A DNA stretch of 64,000 nucleotides from Chitinophagaceae bacterium (GTDB lineage: Bacteria; Bacteroidota; Bacteroidia; Chitinophagales; UBA10324), in the NCBI GenBank assembly GCA_947469485.1, contig CANIPU010000008.1, forward strand, positions 11,463 to 75,462, given 5' to 3'. This document shows, in pieces, positions 6,909-17,506 of the stretch. The number at the start of each line of letters is the position of its first letter. The stretch's first letter is position 1. The position numbers were made by a program, and so were the translations under genes. A model generated the notes under the pieces. That model was not told where the DNA came from and searched no databases. It was given only the letters and a program-made list of their open reading frames with translations.

Positions 6909-9900
6909 TTATCTGATTAAGGTTACATTTCCTTTGGCAGTTCGCTTTGTTCCATCTAAAAAATCTGCCTCAACATAGTATACATATACTCCAAGTTGTG
7001 AAGGAAGTCCTTTATACATTCCATCCCATCCTTTTTTCAAACTGTTTGATTCATAAACCATTTCACCCCAGCGATTGTAAATGCGAATGAGAAGATGAGA
7101 AAGGTTTTGTCCAATCACTAAGAACTGGTCGTTGTTGCCGTCGCCATTTGGAGAAAAAATGTTTGGAATCCACATATCACTTCCGTTGTTAATGATAACT
7201 ACTTCTCCGGTTGCGGTACATCCGTTGGCATCCGTAACAGTAACTTTATAGGTGCCTGTTCCAAGATTTGAAATTATTTGTCCGGTTTGAGAAGGATTTG
7301 TTCCCCAAACAAAGGTGAAAGGAGATGTTCCGCCAGAAACAAAGGCTGTTGCAGAACCGTTATTAATTCCATAATCAGCATTTACAACATCGAAACTCAA
7401 TCCTATTTGAGCAGGTTGAATTACTGTGATTGAATTAGAATTCACACATCCGTTTGCATCTGTAACAAAAACAGTATAACTGCCAAATGACAGGTTGTTG
7501 ATTGAAGGGGTTGTTTCAATGGGGATAGTGCTCCATGCATAAGTAAATGGTGCAGTTCCAACAGTAATTTGACTTGTGATGCTTCCGTCGCTTTCACCGG
7601 GGCAAGTAACACCAACCATATTTAAAATAATTTCCGGCAACGGGTTTATGAAAACATTCACTGTATCCTTATCCTTACAGCCAACAGTATTTGTAGAAGT
7701 AATTATGTATGAAGTAGCGCTATCCGGAGCAACATTCAGCGTTGGTAAAGTGCCTAACTGAACATTTGCTGTGTCAGTCCATTTATATGAATTTACATTG
7801 CTTAAAGCAGTTAAAGTTATTGGTTGACCTGAACAAATAGTTGTGTCATTTGATGCAACTACAATTGGACGGGTTTGAACAACAATGTTTTTAATTCCGT
7901 TTGCCTGGCCACATTGGTTTAATGCAAAAATGTTTATTTGAACAGTTCCGGTTGAATCAAATACCATGTATAATTCATTGTTCGAAGTGTCTGTTATTGT
8001 TCCCCAGCTAGCACCCCATGAGTAATAGGTTGCGTCAGAAAAAGGAACATGCATGTAAATGGTGTCGCCTTCGCAAACAGGAGTTGGTGCCGTTATGACG
8101 ACACTTGGTGTATGTAAGACTGTAACAAAAACTGTATCGGACAAAGGCCCCCAACAACCGTTGTTTTTTTCTTGACAGGTAAACCAATAGGTACCTGCCG
8201 GTGTGCTGTTGTTAAATTGTATTAGCAAAGGATTATAAGACCAGAAAAACGGATTTCCATTACTTAAAATTGGAGAGTGCCATTGGTACTGACTGTTAGG
8301 GTTATAATTTCCAATGGTTATTGCAAGAATATCTCCAGGGCAAATTAATGTATCATCAGGAAAAATTAATGGAGAAAGTGAATCAGGACAACCAATTATT
8401 AATCTGACTAAACTTCCTAAACTATCCCAGGCTGGAATCGGATTGCTTGCCACTAATCTTATGTAATACATTCCTGTTCCTGGTGCGCCAAGTAATGCAA
8501 TAACCTGATTTAATCCAGGAATCGAAAGTGTTAATGTTCCGGAAGAACTTGAAACTACTGAGCCAAATGAGCCTGTGTTTAAAACTGCATAGGTTTGTGA
8601 ACTAAGCACCTCAACTGAAAAAACATTACCTGCACCATAAGTTGTGCTGTTAGTAAAAGTATTTATATCGTAAGAAATAGTTGTATCAACTCCTTGAGTT
8701 AATGTGATACAAACCTGGATATCCTGCATATTATTGGTAGTGTTGTCGCAATGCTTAATACAGAAAGGACCGAAATAATTTGCCGGAGGGGGAATAACAT
8801 TTGGATTAGTAGAAATAACTCTGATGTAATAATTACATCCAACAGGAGTTGTTATCGGAACTAATCCTGAAACATTTCCAGGTGGCGAACCTGTTGTAGG
8901 ATCATATGCTGCTCCACTTGGGAAAGTACCCAATACAGTTGGTGAGGTGAAATTTCCATTGGCATCAGATAATTGAGCAATGTAATTGTTGCTTGCCTGA
9001 AAAGTTCCCGTTGAATAAAATGGAACATCTATTACACTTCCGGCGCATAAAGTGTCTGGTCCAAAAGTTACAACCGGTTGTAATGTTGTAATGGTATTCG
9101 GACAAAGAATTACCTGGAAACAAATACTCGCAATTCCTGTAATTGCAGGAGGAGGTGCAATTCTGTCAATTCTGACTTTATAGCAATTACCAATTGGAGT
9201 TGAACTTGGTATCATGCCACCAATTCCTCCTGAAACTGTACCTGAGGCAATATTAAATACACCTAAGTTATTGCCGGTAAAAGTTCCTGCTGCATTAGAG
9301 AACTGAATTTGATAAGTTCCATCACATAATGCGTGACTTAAAGAATAAAAAATGGAAAGAAAACTGCCTGCACAAACAGGATTTGGTGCAACTGAAGTAA
9401 TGTTAATGTTTACCGGATTATTTACATTGTCATATGTGCTAACAACAATTATATCTTCAATACCAATTGAAATATCTGGAGCTCCAACACCTAAATTTTT
9501 CCACCTCCAACCGAAGCGCAATGTTGCCTGATTATCAAAGATGGGGTCAGTTACAGTTTCATACTTCCATAAGCTGGCATTGTTATATTGACTCATACCA
9601 ACCTGGGTCCAAGAACCCCCACTGTTAATACTATAATACAATTCGCAGTAGTCACTTGCATTTCCTTCTCCAATATAAAAAAAAGTAAGTATGGTATTCT
9701 CTAAACCAACAGTACACATGTCTTCGTTTATCTGAGCGAAATTATCAGAGGCTATTGCTGGATTATAGTTTGCATTTTGTGTAGCAGGAGCCACAGCAAT
9801 ATCGTGGATATGCAGGTAAGGACTGATAGGCGCCATTGCAATAGTTCCACTAACTGTTTGAGTTTCGTCTGGTGTATTTGGATAGGTTCCATTCCCATTA

Positions 9901-10094
9901 AAACTATTGTTTATTATCCATTGATTAGGGCCTGAATTAGCTGAAGGTCCTCCGGAATTTAATAAAAAGTTAGCGGTGCCGCTATTGAAATCTTCCTGGT
10001 AAATCTGAATGGTTTGCTGAGCAAATGATTTTGTTATTGAAATAATCAATAAGCAAAAACAAAAAAATAAAAACCGTCTGTAAAATTGGTTCAT
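6909..10094 (-). CDS. large adhesin-like protein with SprB-type repeats and a T9SS type B (gliding motility-associated) C-terminal domain, 1061 aa
   Basis: Signal peptide. Many Cys-framed Ig-like modules, including AQLSDANGNFTSPTVLG. Has two CPGESDG/ CVN...GG(T)(A/S)PFT(Y/F)xW SprB-like units. Ends in IPNIFSPNGDGNNDQF...IYNRWGEMVYE...GWDGMYKG...GVYVYYV, the type B sorting signature. Confidence 0.85.
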   Translation of the reverse strand: MNQFYRRFLFFCFCLLIISITKSFAQQTIQIYQEDFNSGTANFLLNSGGPSANSGPNQWIINNSFNGNGTYPNTPDETQTVSGTIAMAPISPYLHIHDIAVAPATQNANYNPAIASDNFAQINEDMCTVGLENTILTFFYIGEGNASDYCELYYSINSGGSWTQVGMSQYNNASLWKYETVTDPIFDNQATLRFGWRWKNLGVGAPDISIGIEDIIVVSTYDNVNNPVNINITSVAPNPVCAGSFLSIFYSLSHALCDGTYQIQFSNAAGTFTGNNLGVFNIASGTVSGGIGGMIPSSTPIGNCYKVRIDRIAPPPAITGIASICFQVILCPNTITTLQPVVTFGPDTLCAGSVIDVPFYSTGTFQASNNYIAQLSDANGNFTSPTVLGTFPSGAAYDPTTGSPPGNVSGLVPITTPVGCNYYIRVISTNPNVIPPPANYFGPFCIKHCDNTTNNMQDIQVCITLTQGVDTTISYDINTFTNSTTYGAGNVFSVEVLSSQTYAVLNTGSFGSVVSSSSGTLTLSIPGLNQVIALLGAPGTGMYYIRLVASNPIPAWDSLGSLVRLIIGCPDSLSPLIFPDDTLICPGDILAITIGNYNPNSQYQWHSPILSNGNPFFWSYNPLLIQFNNSTPAGTYWFTCQEKNNGCWGPLSDTVFVTVLHTPSVVITAPTPVCEGDTIYMHVPFSDATYYSWGASWGTITDTSNNELYMVFDSTGTVQINIFALNQCGQANGIKNIVVQTRPIVVASNDTTICSGQPITLTALSNVNSYKWTDTANVQLGTLPTLNVAPDSATSYIITSTNTVGCKDKDTVNVFINPLPEIILNMVGVTCPGESDGSITSQITVGTAPFTYAWSTIPIETTPSINNLSFGSYTVFVTDANGCVNSNSITVIQPAQIGLSFDVVNADYGINNGSATAFVSGGTSPFTFVWGTNPSQTGQIISNLGTGTYKVTVTDANGCTATGEVVIINNGSDMWIPNIFSPNGDGNNDQFLVIGQNLSHLLIRIYNRWGEMVYESNSLKKGWDGMYKGLPSQLGVYVYYVEADFLDGTKRTAKGNVTLIR

Positions 10095-10199
10095 GTCAAA
10101 ATAGTTTATCCCCGAAAAATAATGAAATAATTTAAGAAAAGTGCCTAAACTTTCTCAGCGCCTCTATATATAGGTGTAATTCTTACCTTCTCATTTCTG

Positions 10200-10715
10200 T
10201 TAAAGATATTTTTCTGATATAACATTTATGTGGTGTCGTTCGTGGGCAACAATAAAAAATAATAAGGCACGAACGCTAACTGATAAAGTGCTTGCCGTAC
10301 CTAATCGGTCAATCATTTCTTCCGTCATGTTTTTAAAAAGATGAATTGAAGAATCACTGATTGATTTTTTTTCTTCTGAAATTAATTGTAAACCAAGGTT
10401 TGCATGGTTCGAATTTGGCACATATAAATTCTCATCAAATGAGTTTAAAGCTGTAGTATCTGTTCTTGAAAATCGCAAGGCACGATAGGCTAATATTCTT
10501 TCTGTATCACATAAGTGCCCAACCACTTCCTTTAGCATCCACTTACCTTCCTGATATCTATAAGATTCTTTTTCTGCTGGAATTGATTTTAAAAATCTAT
10601 AGGTGATATCTTTTTGTTGAGTTAATGCATTGAGTAAATCATCTTCCGTAATATACTTGAGGTATCCTTTGTAATATTCGGAAAGTGTATTGGGGTTTGG
10701 AAGATGAATTTTCAT
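10200..10715 (-). CDS. DinB-family (DinB_2) metal-dependent four-helix-bundle protein
   Basis: 171 aa. Contains ...YRYQEGKWMLKEVVGHLCDTERILAYRALRF... and a C-terminal ...AHERHHINVI... His triad, typical of DinB_2. Confidence 0.7.
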   Translation of the reverse strand: MKIHLPNPNTLSEYYKGYLKYITEDDLLNALTQQKDITYRFLKSIPAEKESYRYQEGKWMLKEVVGHLCDTERILAYRALRFSRTDTTALNSFDENLYVPNSNHANLGLQLISEEKKSISDSSIHLFKNMTEEMIDRLGTASTLSVSVRALLFFIVAHERHHINVISEKYL

Positions 10716-10751
10716 TTAGCATTTTTTTCTTTGCAAAATAATACATAACAA

Positions 10752-10784
10752 TTAATAAAAATGCCCCACTAATTAGTGAGGCAT
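10752..10784 (-). terminator. rho-independent terminator of the M4 protease gene
   Basis: On the minus strand, an ATGCCTCAC / GTGGGGCAT stem (one G-U pair) with a 6-nt loop, followed by TTTTTATT, about 27 nt after the stop at 10811. Confidence 0.65.
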
Positions 10785-10810
10785 TTTATATATTGAGAAT
10801 TTGGATTTTA

Positions 10811-13800
10811 CTAATTTGTCTTTACTAATTTTAAGTTGGAAATTATTTCTCCGTTCTTCCAGATTCTGGCCAGATAAAAACCTGCCGGAAGATTTTCCCC
10901 GGCTTGAATACTGGAGTATTCAGTAGTGTTCCAGGTTTCCAAAATCCTTCCTGCAACATCTATTAACTCAACTTTGTCAGGGTTTCTGTTACTGAATTCA
11001 ATAGTAAATGATAAGTTAAATGGATTTGGAAAAGCAGTAAATTCTGAATCAATATTTTCATTTTCATTTCTGCAAACAACAGTTGTTAAGGAAAGACTTG
11101 GTGAGAGTTTAACACAACCTGTTGAAATTTTTGTAACCTGAACGCGGTAATTTCCTGCCGCAGAAACTGTATAGGTTAAATTAGTAGCCCCGGAAATTGA
11201 AGTGCTGTTTTTCACCCATTGATAAGCAAGGCCGACCCCGCTATTTGCAGTAAGTAAAACAGTAGAATTTTTACAAAACGGATTGTTTCCTGTTAAAGTT
11301 TCTGTCGCGGTTGGCAATGCGTTTCTTACTACATTAATTGTATTAGAAGTTGCACTTCCGCATGAGTTGTTAGCTATGCAAGTATAAGAACCCGTAGTGT
11401 TTGCAGTGTATGCAATATTAGTTGCTCCTGAAATGTTAGCAGTTCCTTTTTTCCATTGATAACTTAATCCGGTCGCAGAATTTGTTAATACAACGCTTGA
11501 TCCCTGGCAAAAAGTAGTTGGTCCCCCTGCAGTAATTGATGATGTAGGTGTTGGTGTAATGGTTGCAGTAACTGCAGTACGGTTGCTAATACAACCGGGC
11601 ATTTGGATCTTCCAGTTATAGAAATAATAATAGTAACCTGCAGTTCCTGCATTTGAATTGGTAATTGAAACTGATGAACCAATGTTATATGGATAAACAG
11701 CCCCGGAATTATTACGATATAAGTTAGATGTTCCGCCAATAGCAAGTCTTAAATCATTTGCAACCGGCAAGGTGAAATTTAAATTAACTGTATTTGCACC
11801 ATCAACAAGATTCACAACCAACGATTGCAAGACGGTATTCGATGAATTTCGTAATTCTATTGTTCGGTTTCCAGCGCCGGTCGCATAAACAATAACAGAA
11901 ACCAAAGTTGAAAGCGAGGTGCAATTAAAAATTAAATAACGATCAGAACTATTAGAAAAATTTCCTCCGGTACCTACTGTATTATTTGGAATGCCACCAT
12001 AAACAGGTGCGGGAGTTGTATTTGATTCAACATAAAAGGTAGTTGTTGAATTTACAAAAGTGGAATAAGAACTTCCGGTTCCTAAATAGGTTCCTCCTAC
12101 TTGTGCGTCAAACCAGTTAAGTGTTCCGTTTCCGATTGCGTTAAATGTAAAATTAGTCGGGCTGCAACTTGATTGACTGCTGGAATTTGGAGCAGCAGAT
12201 GCTGCGAGCGTAATAAAATTGTTTTGAGTTTTTGTGTTTGAACCACAAGTACCACCATTGTTAATTAACGAAACTGTATAATTTCCAAATGATGTATATG
12301 TATGAGAAGGATTAATTAATGTGCTTGTTCCACCATCACCAAAATTCCACGAATATGATCCCCCTCCGGCTGAAGTATTGGTAAATTGAACTGTAAATGG
12401 AACTGTACAAGAACTGGTAGAGCCCGCAGTAAAGTTTGCAACAACAGGAACAGAAACAAAAGTAGCCCCAACTCCAACGGCATACCATGCGTTGGTAGTA
12501 GCAATTACTTCATTTGAACATGCGCCATATAAATCAATTGCAGACTGAATAGCATAAGTTCTTGCATCGGCATATTGTGAAGTTGGAGTCAGGTAAACTG
12601 AATTCATACGATAAGTTATTGCAGCCGCCTTTGCTAATCCCTGTGCTACAACTGTAAATGAATTTCCATTGTCATTAGTCCCGCTTCCGCCTTGCGATAA
12701 AAGATAAAACCAGTAATTCATTACACCACTGTTATAATGCACACCTCCGTTATCGCCTGATCCTGTGTACCAGTTTGTTCCAAGGTAAGTATCGGGTTGG
12801 CCATAAGCATTTGGATTACTCATACTTCTGAAAGTTTCGCCGATTTCACTACCAACCAGCCAGTTGGCGGTTCCGGGTTTACCAAAAAACTCAATGGCGG
12901 TTCCAATGCAATCGCTGAAAGATTCATTCAATGCACCACTTTGATAGCTATAATTTAAATTAGAAGTGAACTCTGTTACACCATGAGAAATTTCATGCCC
13001 TGCTATATCCAATGTGGTTAATGGATTTACAGTTGCATCTCCATCACCATAAGTCATTGAAGTTCCATCCCAAAAAGCATTGTAATAATTAGTGGAATAA
13101 TGAATATAACTTTTCAATTTTAATCCTGCATTATCAACACTGCTTCTTCCGAAATTTATAAAATAATAATCATAAGTTTTCTCGGCACCCCAATGTGCAT
13201 CGGTTGCATATTGATCTTCATTTGCATTTACATTATTCCAGGTATTGTCTGTATCAGTAAAGTCAACAGCTGAACCATAATTTGTTCCATGATTCAGATT
13301 ATAAGTTTCAACACCAAGACCTCTTCCGGTTTCGCGCAAACGAAAAGTTCCGGCGTTTGAATCAGTAGTAATAGATTGAGTACCGCTGTATCCGGTAATG
13401 GCTGTGCCAGGGGCATTTATATTTTGTATGCGCTCATGATGGGTAATAATTTTCCCGGTTTCAACATCCACAAAAACCAATTTTCTGGCCGGTGCATCTC
13501 TTAAAAAAATATCAAACCGATAACACAATCTTAAACTTTGTAAATCATTGTTTGTCGATGCCCAGAATAATTCAGGAATAGTGGTTGAATAATTAGTAAG
13601 CGATTTTGAATTTCTTTCATCATCATGCAACGCATTAACAACATATTGAAATGCGAATGAATATGCCGCATCGGCATTAATAATTATTGGTGCAGAAGCA
13701 GGAAGATGGTTTTTCAAAACACCATTCATACTTTGAATTTTTCCGTTAACGGTGTGAACAACCCACATTGCTCCATCAATTGGATTTCCGTTAAAATTTT

Positions 13801-14044
13801 CCTGATATCGATAATGTACCATTCCTAATAAATCAACTTCCTTATTTAATAAATTTAATGAGTAGTTTTCTGTCAAGCCAGACTCTTTTAAAATTAAATT
13901 TAATTGGTCAAGTGAAGGTTGCTCTGTTTGGTTAAATTGAATAAATTGAGACTTTCCATCAAAACTCAATGAGTCATAACCATAAGAAATGAAAATGCTA
14001 AAAGTTGAAATTAATGCGAACAAGAAAAGGGCTTTTGTTTTCAT
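10811..14044 (-). CDS. secreted thermolysin-family (M4) zinc metalloprotease with PKD and Ig-like modules and a T9SS type A sorting domain, 1077 aa
   Basis: Signal peptide and a propeptide-like N-terminus. Zinc site AGHEISHGVTE with downstream GALNESFSD. Has a PKD module (YSWNFGDGGTS...HTYTSFGNYTVSL) and two Ig-like repeats (FCQGSSVVLT...YQWKKG / FCKNSTVLLT...YQWVKN). Ends in FPNPFNLSFTI...GFYLARI...KLVKTN. Confidence 0.9.
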   Translation of the reverse strand: MKTKALFLFALISTFSIFISYGYDSLSFDGKSQFIQFNQTEQPSLDQLNLILKESGLTENYSLNLLNKEVDLLGMVHYRYQENFNGNPIDGAMWVVHTVNGKIQSMNGVLKNHLPASAPIIINADAAYSFAFQYVVNALHDDERNSKSLTNYSTTIPELFWASTNNDLQSLRLCYRFDIFLRDAPARKLVFVDVETGKIITHHERIQNINAPGTAITGYSGTQSITTDSNAGTFRLRETGRGLGVETYNLNHGTNYGSAVDFTDTDNTWNNVNANEDQYATDAHWGAEKTYDYYFINFGRSSVDNAGLKLKSYIHYSTNYYNAFWDGTSMTYGDGDATVNPLTTLDIAGHEISHGVTEFTSNLNYSYQSGALNESFSDCIGTAIEFFGKPGTANWLVGSEIGETFRSMSNPNAYGQPDTYLGTNWYTGSGDNGGVHYNSGVMNYWFYLLSQGGSGTNDNGNSFTVVAQGLAKAAAITYRMNSVYLTPTSQYADARTYAIQSAIDLYGACSNEVIATTNAWYAVGVGATFVSVPVVANFTAGSTSSCTVPFTVQFTNTSAGGGSYSWNFGDGGTSTLINPSHTYTSFGNYTVSLINNGGTCGSNTKTQNNFITLAASAAPNSSSQSSCSPTNFTFNAIGNGTLNWFDAQVGGTYLGTGSSYSTFVNSTTTFYVESNTTPAPVYGGIPNNTVGTGGNFSNSSDRYLIFNCTSLSTLVSVIVYATGAGNRTIELRNSSNTVLQSLVVNLVDGANTVNLNFTLPVANDLRLAIGGTSNLYRNNSGAVYPYNIGSSVSITNSNAGTAGYYYYFYNWKIQMPGCISNRTAVTATITPTPTSSITAGGPTTFCQGSSVVLTNSATGLSYQWKKGTANISGATNIAYTANTTGSYTCIANNSCGSATSNTINVVRNALPTATETLTGNNPFCKNSTVLLTANSGVGLAYQWVKNSTSISGATNLTYTVSAAGNYRVQVTKISTGCVKLSPSLSLTTVVCRNENENIDSEFTAFPNPFNLSFTIEFSNRNPDKVELIDVAGRILETWNTTEYSSIQAGENLPAGFYLARIWKNGEIISNLKLVKTN

Positions 14045-14281
14045 GGAGTCGTTATTTTAGATTTTAAGGAAGGCTAAAGTAACCTAAAATGATGTATTAA
14101 TTGTGGACTAATTTTTAAAATATGTGGGCCATTTTATTAAGGGTATTAATTGTAAATTTTGGCTTAATAGGTTGATTCTGTCTATCTGAATTTAGAATCA
14201 TATATTTGTACTGAACCTCTTTGGAAAATATTCGTTAAACACTTTCGTTATTGAACATTTCTACAACAAACTTTAAATTTT

Positions 14282-15124
14282 TTGAAAGGTCGTTTTTTTA
14301 TCAAAGCCATTATTATTCTTTTTTTCATTCCATGCATTTCCAATGCTCAGCGAAATGAGTTTGGAGGTTGGATTGGTGGAAGCACTTATTTTGGAGATCT
14401 TAATACTAACACCAGTTTTAGATACACACAACCTGTTGCCGGGCTATATACAAGGTATAATTTTGACTCTCGAATTGCAGCAAAACTTTCGTTTTCTTAT
14501 GGAGGTGTAAAAGGAATGGATTCGGCGTCTGATTATTATTTTGAACAAAGAAGAAACCTCAGTTTTTATTCGTCAATATGGGAGGCTGAAATTCAGGGTG
14601 AATTTAATTTCCTGAGTTACTCATCCCGCAATCCAAAAATGAAGTATTCACCATATTTTTTATTAGGATTTGGTGTTTTTGGATTTGACCCAAAAACAAA
14701 ATTCGGAGATACAGAATTTAACCTGCAACCGATTGGCACGGAAGGTCAGGGGTATCCCGAATACACCGCGAATAATCCATATAAACTTACTAAACCATTT
14801 TGGGTAATAGGTGGAGGATTTAAATGGAGGGTTTCAAAGAGTTTCAGCATGTTTGGTGAAGCTGCTGTAAGAAAAACTTTTACTGATTATTTAGATGATG
14901 TATCAAATGTTTATGCTGATAAATTGATTTTACAAAATGAAGCAGGCCCTCTCGTAGTAAATCTGTCAGATCGATCCTTAGAATTAGGAGGACAGCCGGT
15001 TGGTTCAACAAATAAATTCAGAGGAGATCCGACTAGAAATGATAATTATTTTTTCTTCGGAGTTGGATTTTCATTTACAATTAATAAATACAAATGCCCT
15101 TTTCTATTTAAGGAAGATTATTAA
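14282..15124 (+). CDS. outer-membrane beta-barrel protein, DUF6089/porin-like
   Basis: TTG start. Signal peptide ending ISNAQ. Begins NEFGGWIGGSTYFGDLN and has alternating aromatic beta-strand periodicity. The family name is recalled, not searched. Confidence 0.55.
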   Translation: MKGRFFIKAIIILFFIPCISNAQRNEFGGWIGGSTYFGDLNTNTSFRYTQPVAGLYTRYNFDSRIAAKLSFSYGGVKGMDSASDYYFEQRRNLSFYSSIWEAEIQGEFNFLSYSSRNPKMKYSPYFLLGFGVFGFDPKTKFGDTEFNLQPIGTEGQGYPEYTANNPYKLTKPFWVIGGGFKWRVSKSFSMFGEAAVRKTFTDYLDDVSNVYADKLILQNEAGPLVVNLSDRSLELGGQPVGSTNKFRGDPTRNDNYFFFGVGFSFTINKYKCPFLFKEDY

Positions 15125-15127
15125 TAT

Positions 15128-16576
15128 TCAATTTGTTGAATAAACATTATAATAGGTTGTATTCCATTCAACTTTTTTATAACCATATGAATTTTGAGGG
15201 TTTTCATTTTTAGGCACAAGAAAATATTTATGTCCGCATGCGCCTGAAACAAGTTCTATATTAAAATACCGTCTGAAATAAGTGTGCGAAGTCCAGTTAT
15301 TCCATCCGGAATTACTTATATCAATTAAATCTTCACCTTTTACTTTTTCTCCAATTACAAATACATCAGATAGTAATTCTTTATCTCTTGTAACCCTTCC
15401 TGCAAATAGTAATGTTGCAATAATCCCTATGCAAATCAGTATAAAAAGTGTTGCGTTTAGTCTCTTTAGAAAACTCAATTTATTTTGAAGAATTGAATCA
15501 ATTTGAATAACATATTTTTTAATAACTATCGATAAACCCAATACAAAAAAAGGCATTGATGTTGTCAGGTAAAAAAACCGTTGTTCATAGGAAATCATTA
15601 ATGGAATTGAAGCAGTAAATCCAACCAAGAAAAAGAAAAGCAGCAATTTTCTTTCTGAAAGATATTTGGATTCAATCTTAAAACGGATAAAAAATTTTTT
15701 AGCAATCAGAAAAATTATTCCGCAAATAATAATAGGAGGAATCAGTTCAATAATTAGTTGTGAAAACAAATACAATCTATTGTTTGTATTAGTATGAGGT
15801 GTAAATGGAAACCCTGGAAAACGGCTTGCGAAATAAGCTTTATAGCTTTCGTGTATTTCAGGTGATTGAAATAGCAAATAATAAATCCCGAATATTCCGA
15901 ACACTAAAAAAAAAGAAAATAATAGTAACTTTTTAAGTGGGAAATTTCTGAATGCCAACCAATAACAAAAGGGGGTTGCTATTGGAAATAAACCCTGAAA
16001 TCCTTTGCTCAGCGAAGCCAGAAATAAAAACCCAAAACCCAAAGGAAATTTTATAAACCATTTTCCCCCCTTTATGGCTTTTAAAAGAAAGTAAACTGAA
16101 CACAAATCAAAAAACTGGAGCGTGTTTTCAATTAAGTTGTTAATTGCTGAAAATCGTACAGAATAAATGCTTAACCAAAGTAAAATTGGAATCCAAGCGG
16201 TTTTAGATTCATTGTTTAATTCCTTCCAAAAGAACAGAATTATTACACCATTTAACAAGATCAACACTAGAGAATACAGCCGCTCTGTATATACAGAGTC
16301 ACCAATTATTTGAAAGAAAAATGATTGTAACCAAAAAACAAGTGGTGGTTGTTCATGAAAAAATATTTTAGTCGGTTCATGACTGTAAATATTCCACCAC
16401 GAACCCTGACCAAGATAAAAATTACGCGATATTGAGGCATATAACATTCCATCAGTAAACATTCCTAATTGAAACATTGGAAATACTACTAGCCAAATAA
16501 AAACCGTTATAACAACCAGCCAGAATAATGAATTTATTGAATAGAAGGTCTTCATTATTGCAAATAAAGTAATCAA
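15128..16576 (-). CDS. ArnT/PMT-like (GT39/GT83-type) polytopic glycosyltransferase
   Basis: 482 aa with at least 10 predicted TM helices. The N-terminal loop motif FTDGMLYASISRN...HEQPPLVFWL resembles DGxxYAxxA...E.PPL of ArnT-like lipid/protein glycosyltransferases. A probable ATG start lies at 16555. Confidence 0.55.
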   Translation of the reverse strand: MITLFAIMKTFYSINSLFWLVVITVFIWLVVFPMFQLGMFTDGMLYASISRNFYLGQGSWWNIYSHEPTKIFFHEQPPLVFWLQSFFFQIIGDSVYTERLYSLVLILLNGVIILFFWKELNNESKTAWIPILLWLSIYSVRFSAINNLIENTLQFFDLCSVYFLLKAIKGGKWFIKFPLGFGFLFLASLSKGFQGLFPIATPFCYWLAFRNFPLKKLLLFSFFLVFGIFGIYYLLFQSPEIHESYKAYFASRFPGFPFTPHTNTNNRLYLFSQLIIELIPPIIICGIIFLIAKKFFIRFKIESKYLSERKLLLFFFLVGFTASIPLMISYEQRFFYLTTSMPFFVLGLSIVIKKYVIQIDSILQNKLSFLKRLNATLFILICIGIIATLLFAGRVTRDKELLSDVFVIGEKVKGEDLIDISNSGWNNWTSHTYFRRYFNIELVSGACGHKYFLVPKNENPQNSYGYKKVEWNTTYYNVYSTN

Positions 16577-16659
16577 AAGGAAGTATTGATGAAAAACTAA
16601 AAGCTTGTTGAAATTTCAATGAATTCCCCTAAAAAGCTACTAACTTTTTCTGTCTTATC

Positions 16660-17430
16660 TTGCGCCGCATTTTTATCACTGACTTGAGTTTAAAAGAAAA
16701 AATAGACATTTCCCGAATTCCTAAACACATTGCTGTTATAATGGATGGCAATGGCCGTTGGGCTCGTCAGCAAGGTGAACAGCGAGTGTTTGGACATCAC
16801 CATGGTGTTCGTGCAGTTCGCGAAACTGCTGAGGGATGTGCTGAATTAGGGGTTGGTTACTTAACTTTATATGCTTTCAGTACTGAAAATTGGAATCGCC
16901 CAAAAGAAGAAGTAGATGCATTGATGGAATTATTAGTGCAAACTATAAGTGGTGAGATAAAAACACTAATGGATAATAACATAAAGCTAAAAGCCATTGG
17001 TGATTTAGATTCTCTTCCTTTTAAATGTCATAATGAGTTAAAACAAGCAATGGATATCACTTCTTCTAATACAGGAATGGAACTGATTCTTGCGCTTAGT
17101 TATAGCTCTCGATGGGAGATTACTAAAGCCGTAAAAGAAATTGCCCGATCAGTTAAGGAAGGGAAAATTTCACCTGATGAAATAAATGAACAGGTAATCG
17201 AAAAACATTTGTGCACAAAAGATTTTCCGGATCCTGAATTAATGATCCGTACGAGCGGTGAAATGCGCATCAGTAACTTTTTGCTATGGCAACTCGCTTA
17301 TACTGAATTGTACATTACACCCGTTCTTTGGCCTGACTTCAGTCGCGAGGAACTTTACAAAGCCATACTTGATTTTCAAAAACGCGAGCGGCGCTTTGGA
17401 ATGACCAGCGATCAGTTGACAACAAAATGA
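16660..17430 (+). CDS. uppS: isoprenyl transferase (undecaprenyl-diphosphate synthase)
   Basis: Contains IPKHIAVIMDGNGRWA, LTLYAFSTENWNRP and IRTSGEMRISNFLLWQLAYTELY, diagnostic cis-prenyltransferase motifs. TTG start; no in-frame ATG precedes the catalytic motif. Confidence 0.92.
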   Translation: MRRIFITDLSLKEKIDISRIPKHIAVIMDGNGRWARQQGEQRVFGHHHGVRAVRETAEGCAELGVGYLTLYAFSTENWNRPKEEVDALMELLVQTISGEIKTLMDNNIKLKAIGDLDSLPFKCHNELKQAMDITSSNTGMELILALSYSSRWEITKAVKEIARSVKEGKISPDEINEQVIEKHLCTKDFPDPELMIRTSGEMRISNFLLWQLAYTELYITPVLWPDFSREELYKAILDFQKRERRFGMTSDQLTTK

Positions 17431-17506
17431 TTTACCCATAAAAATTAATTTCAAAAAAACACTCTTCAATTTTTTGAAGCGCGCCAGTTAAAACATAAAA
17501 TCTCCA

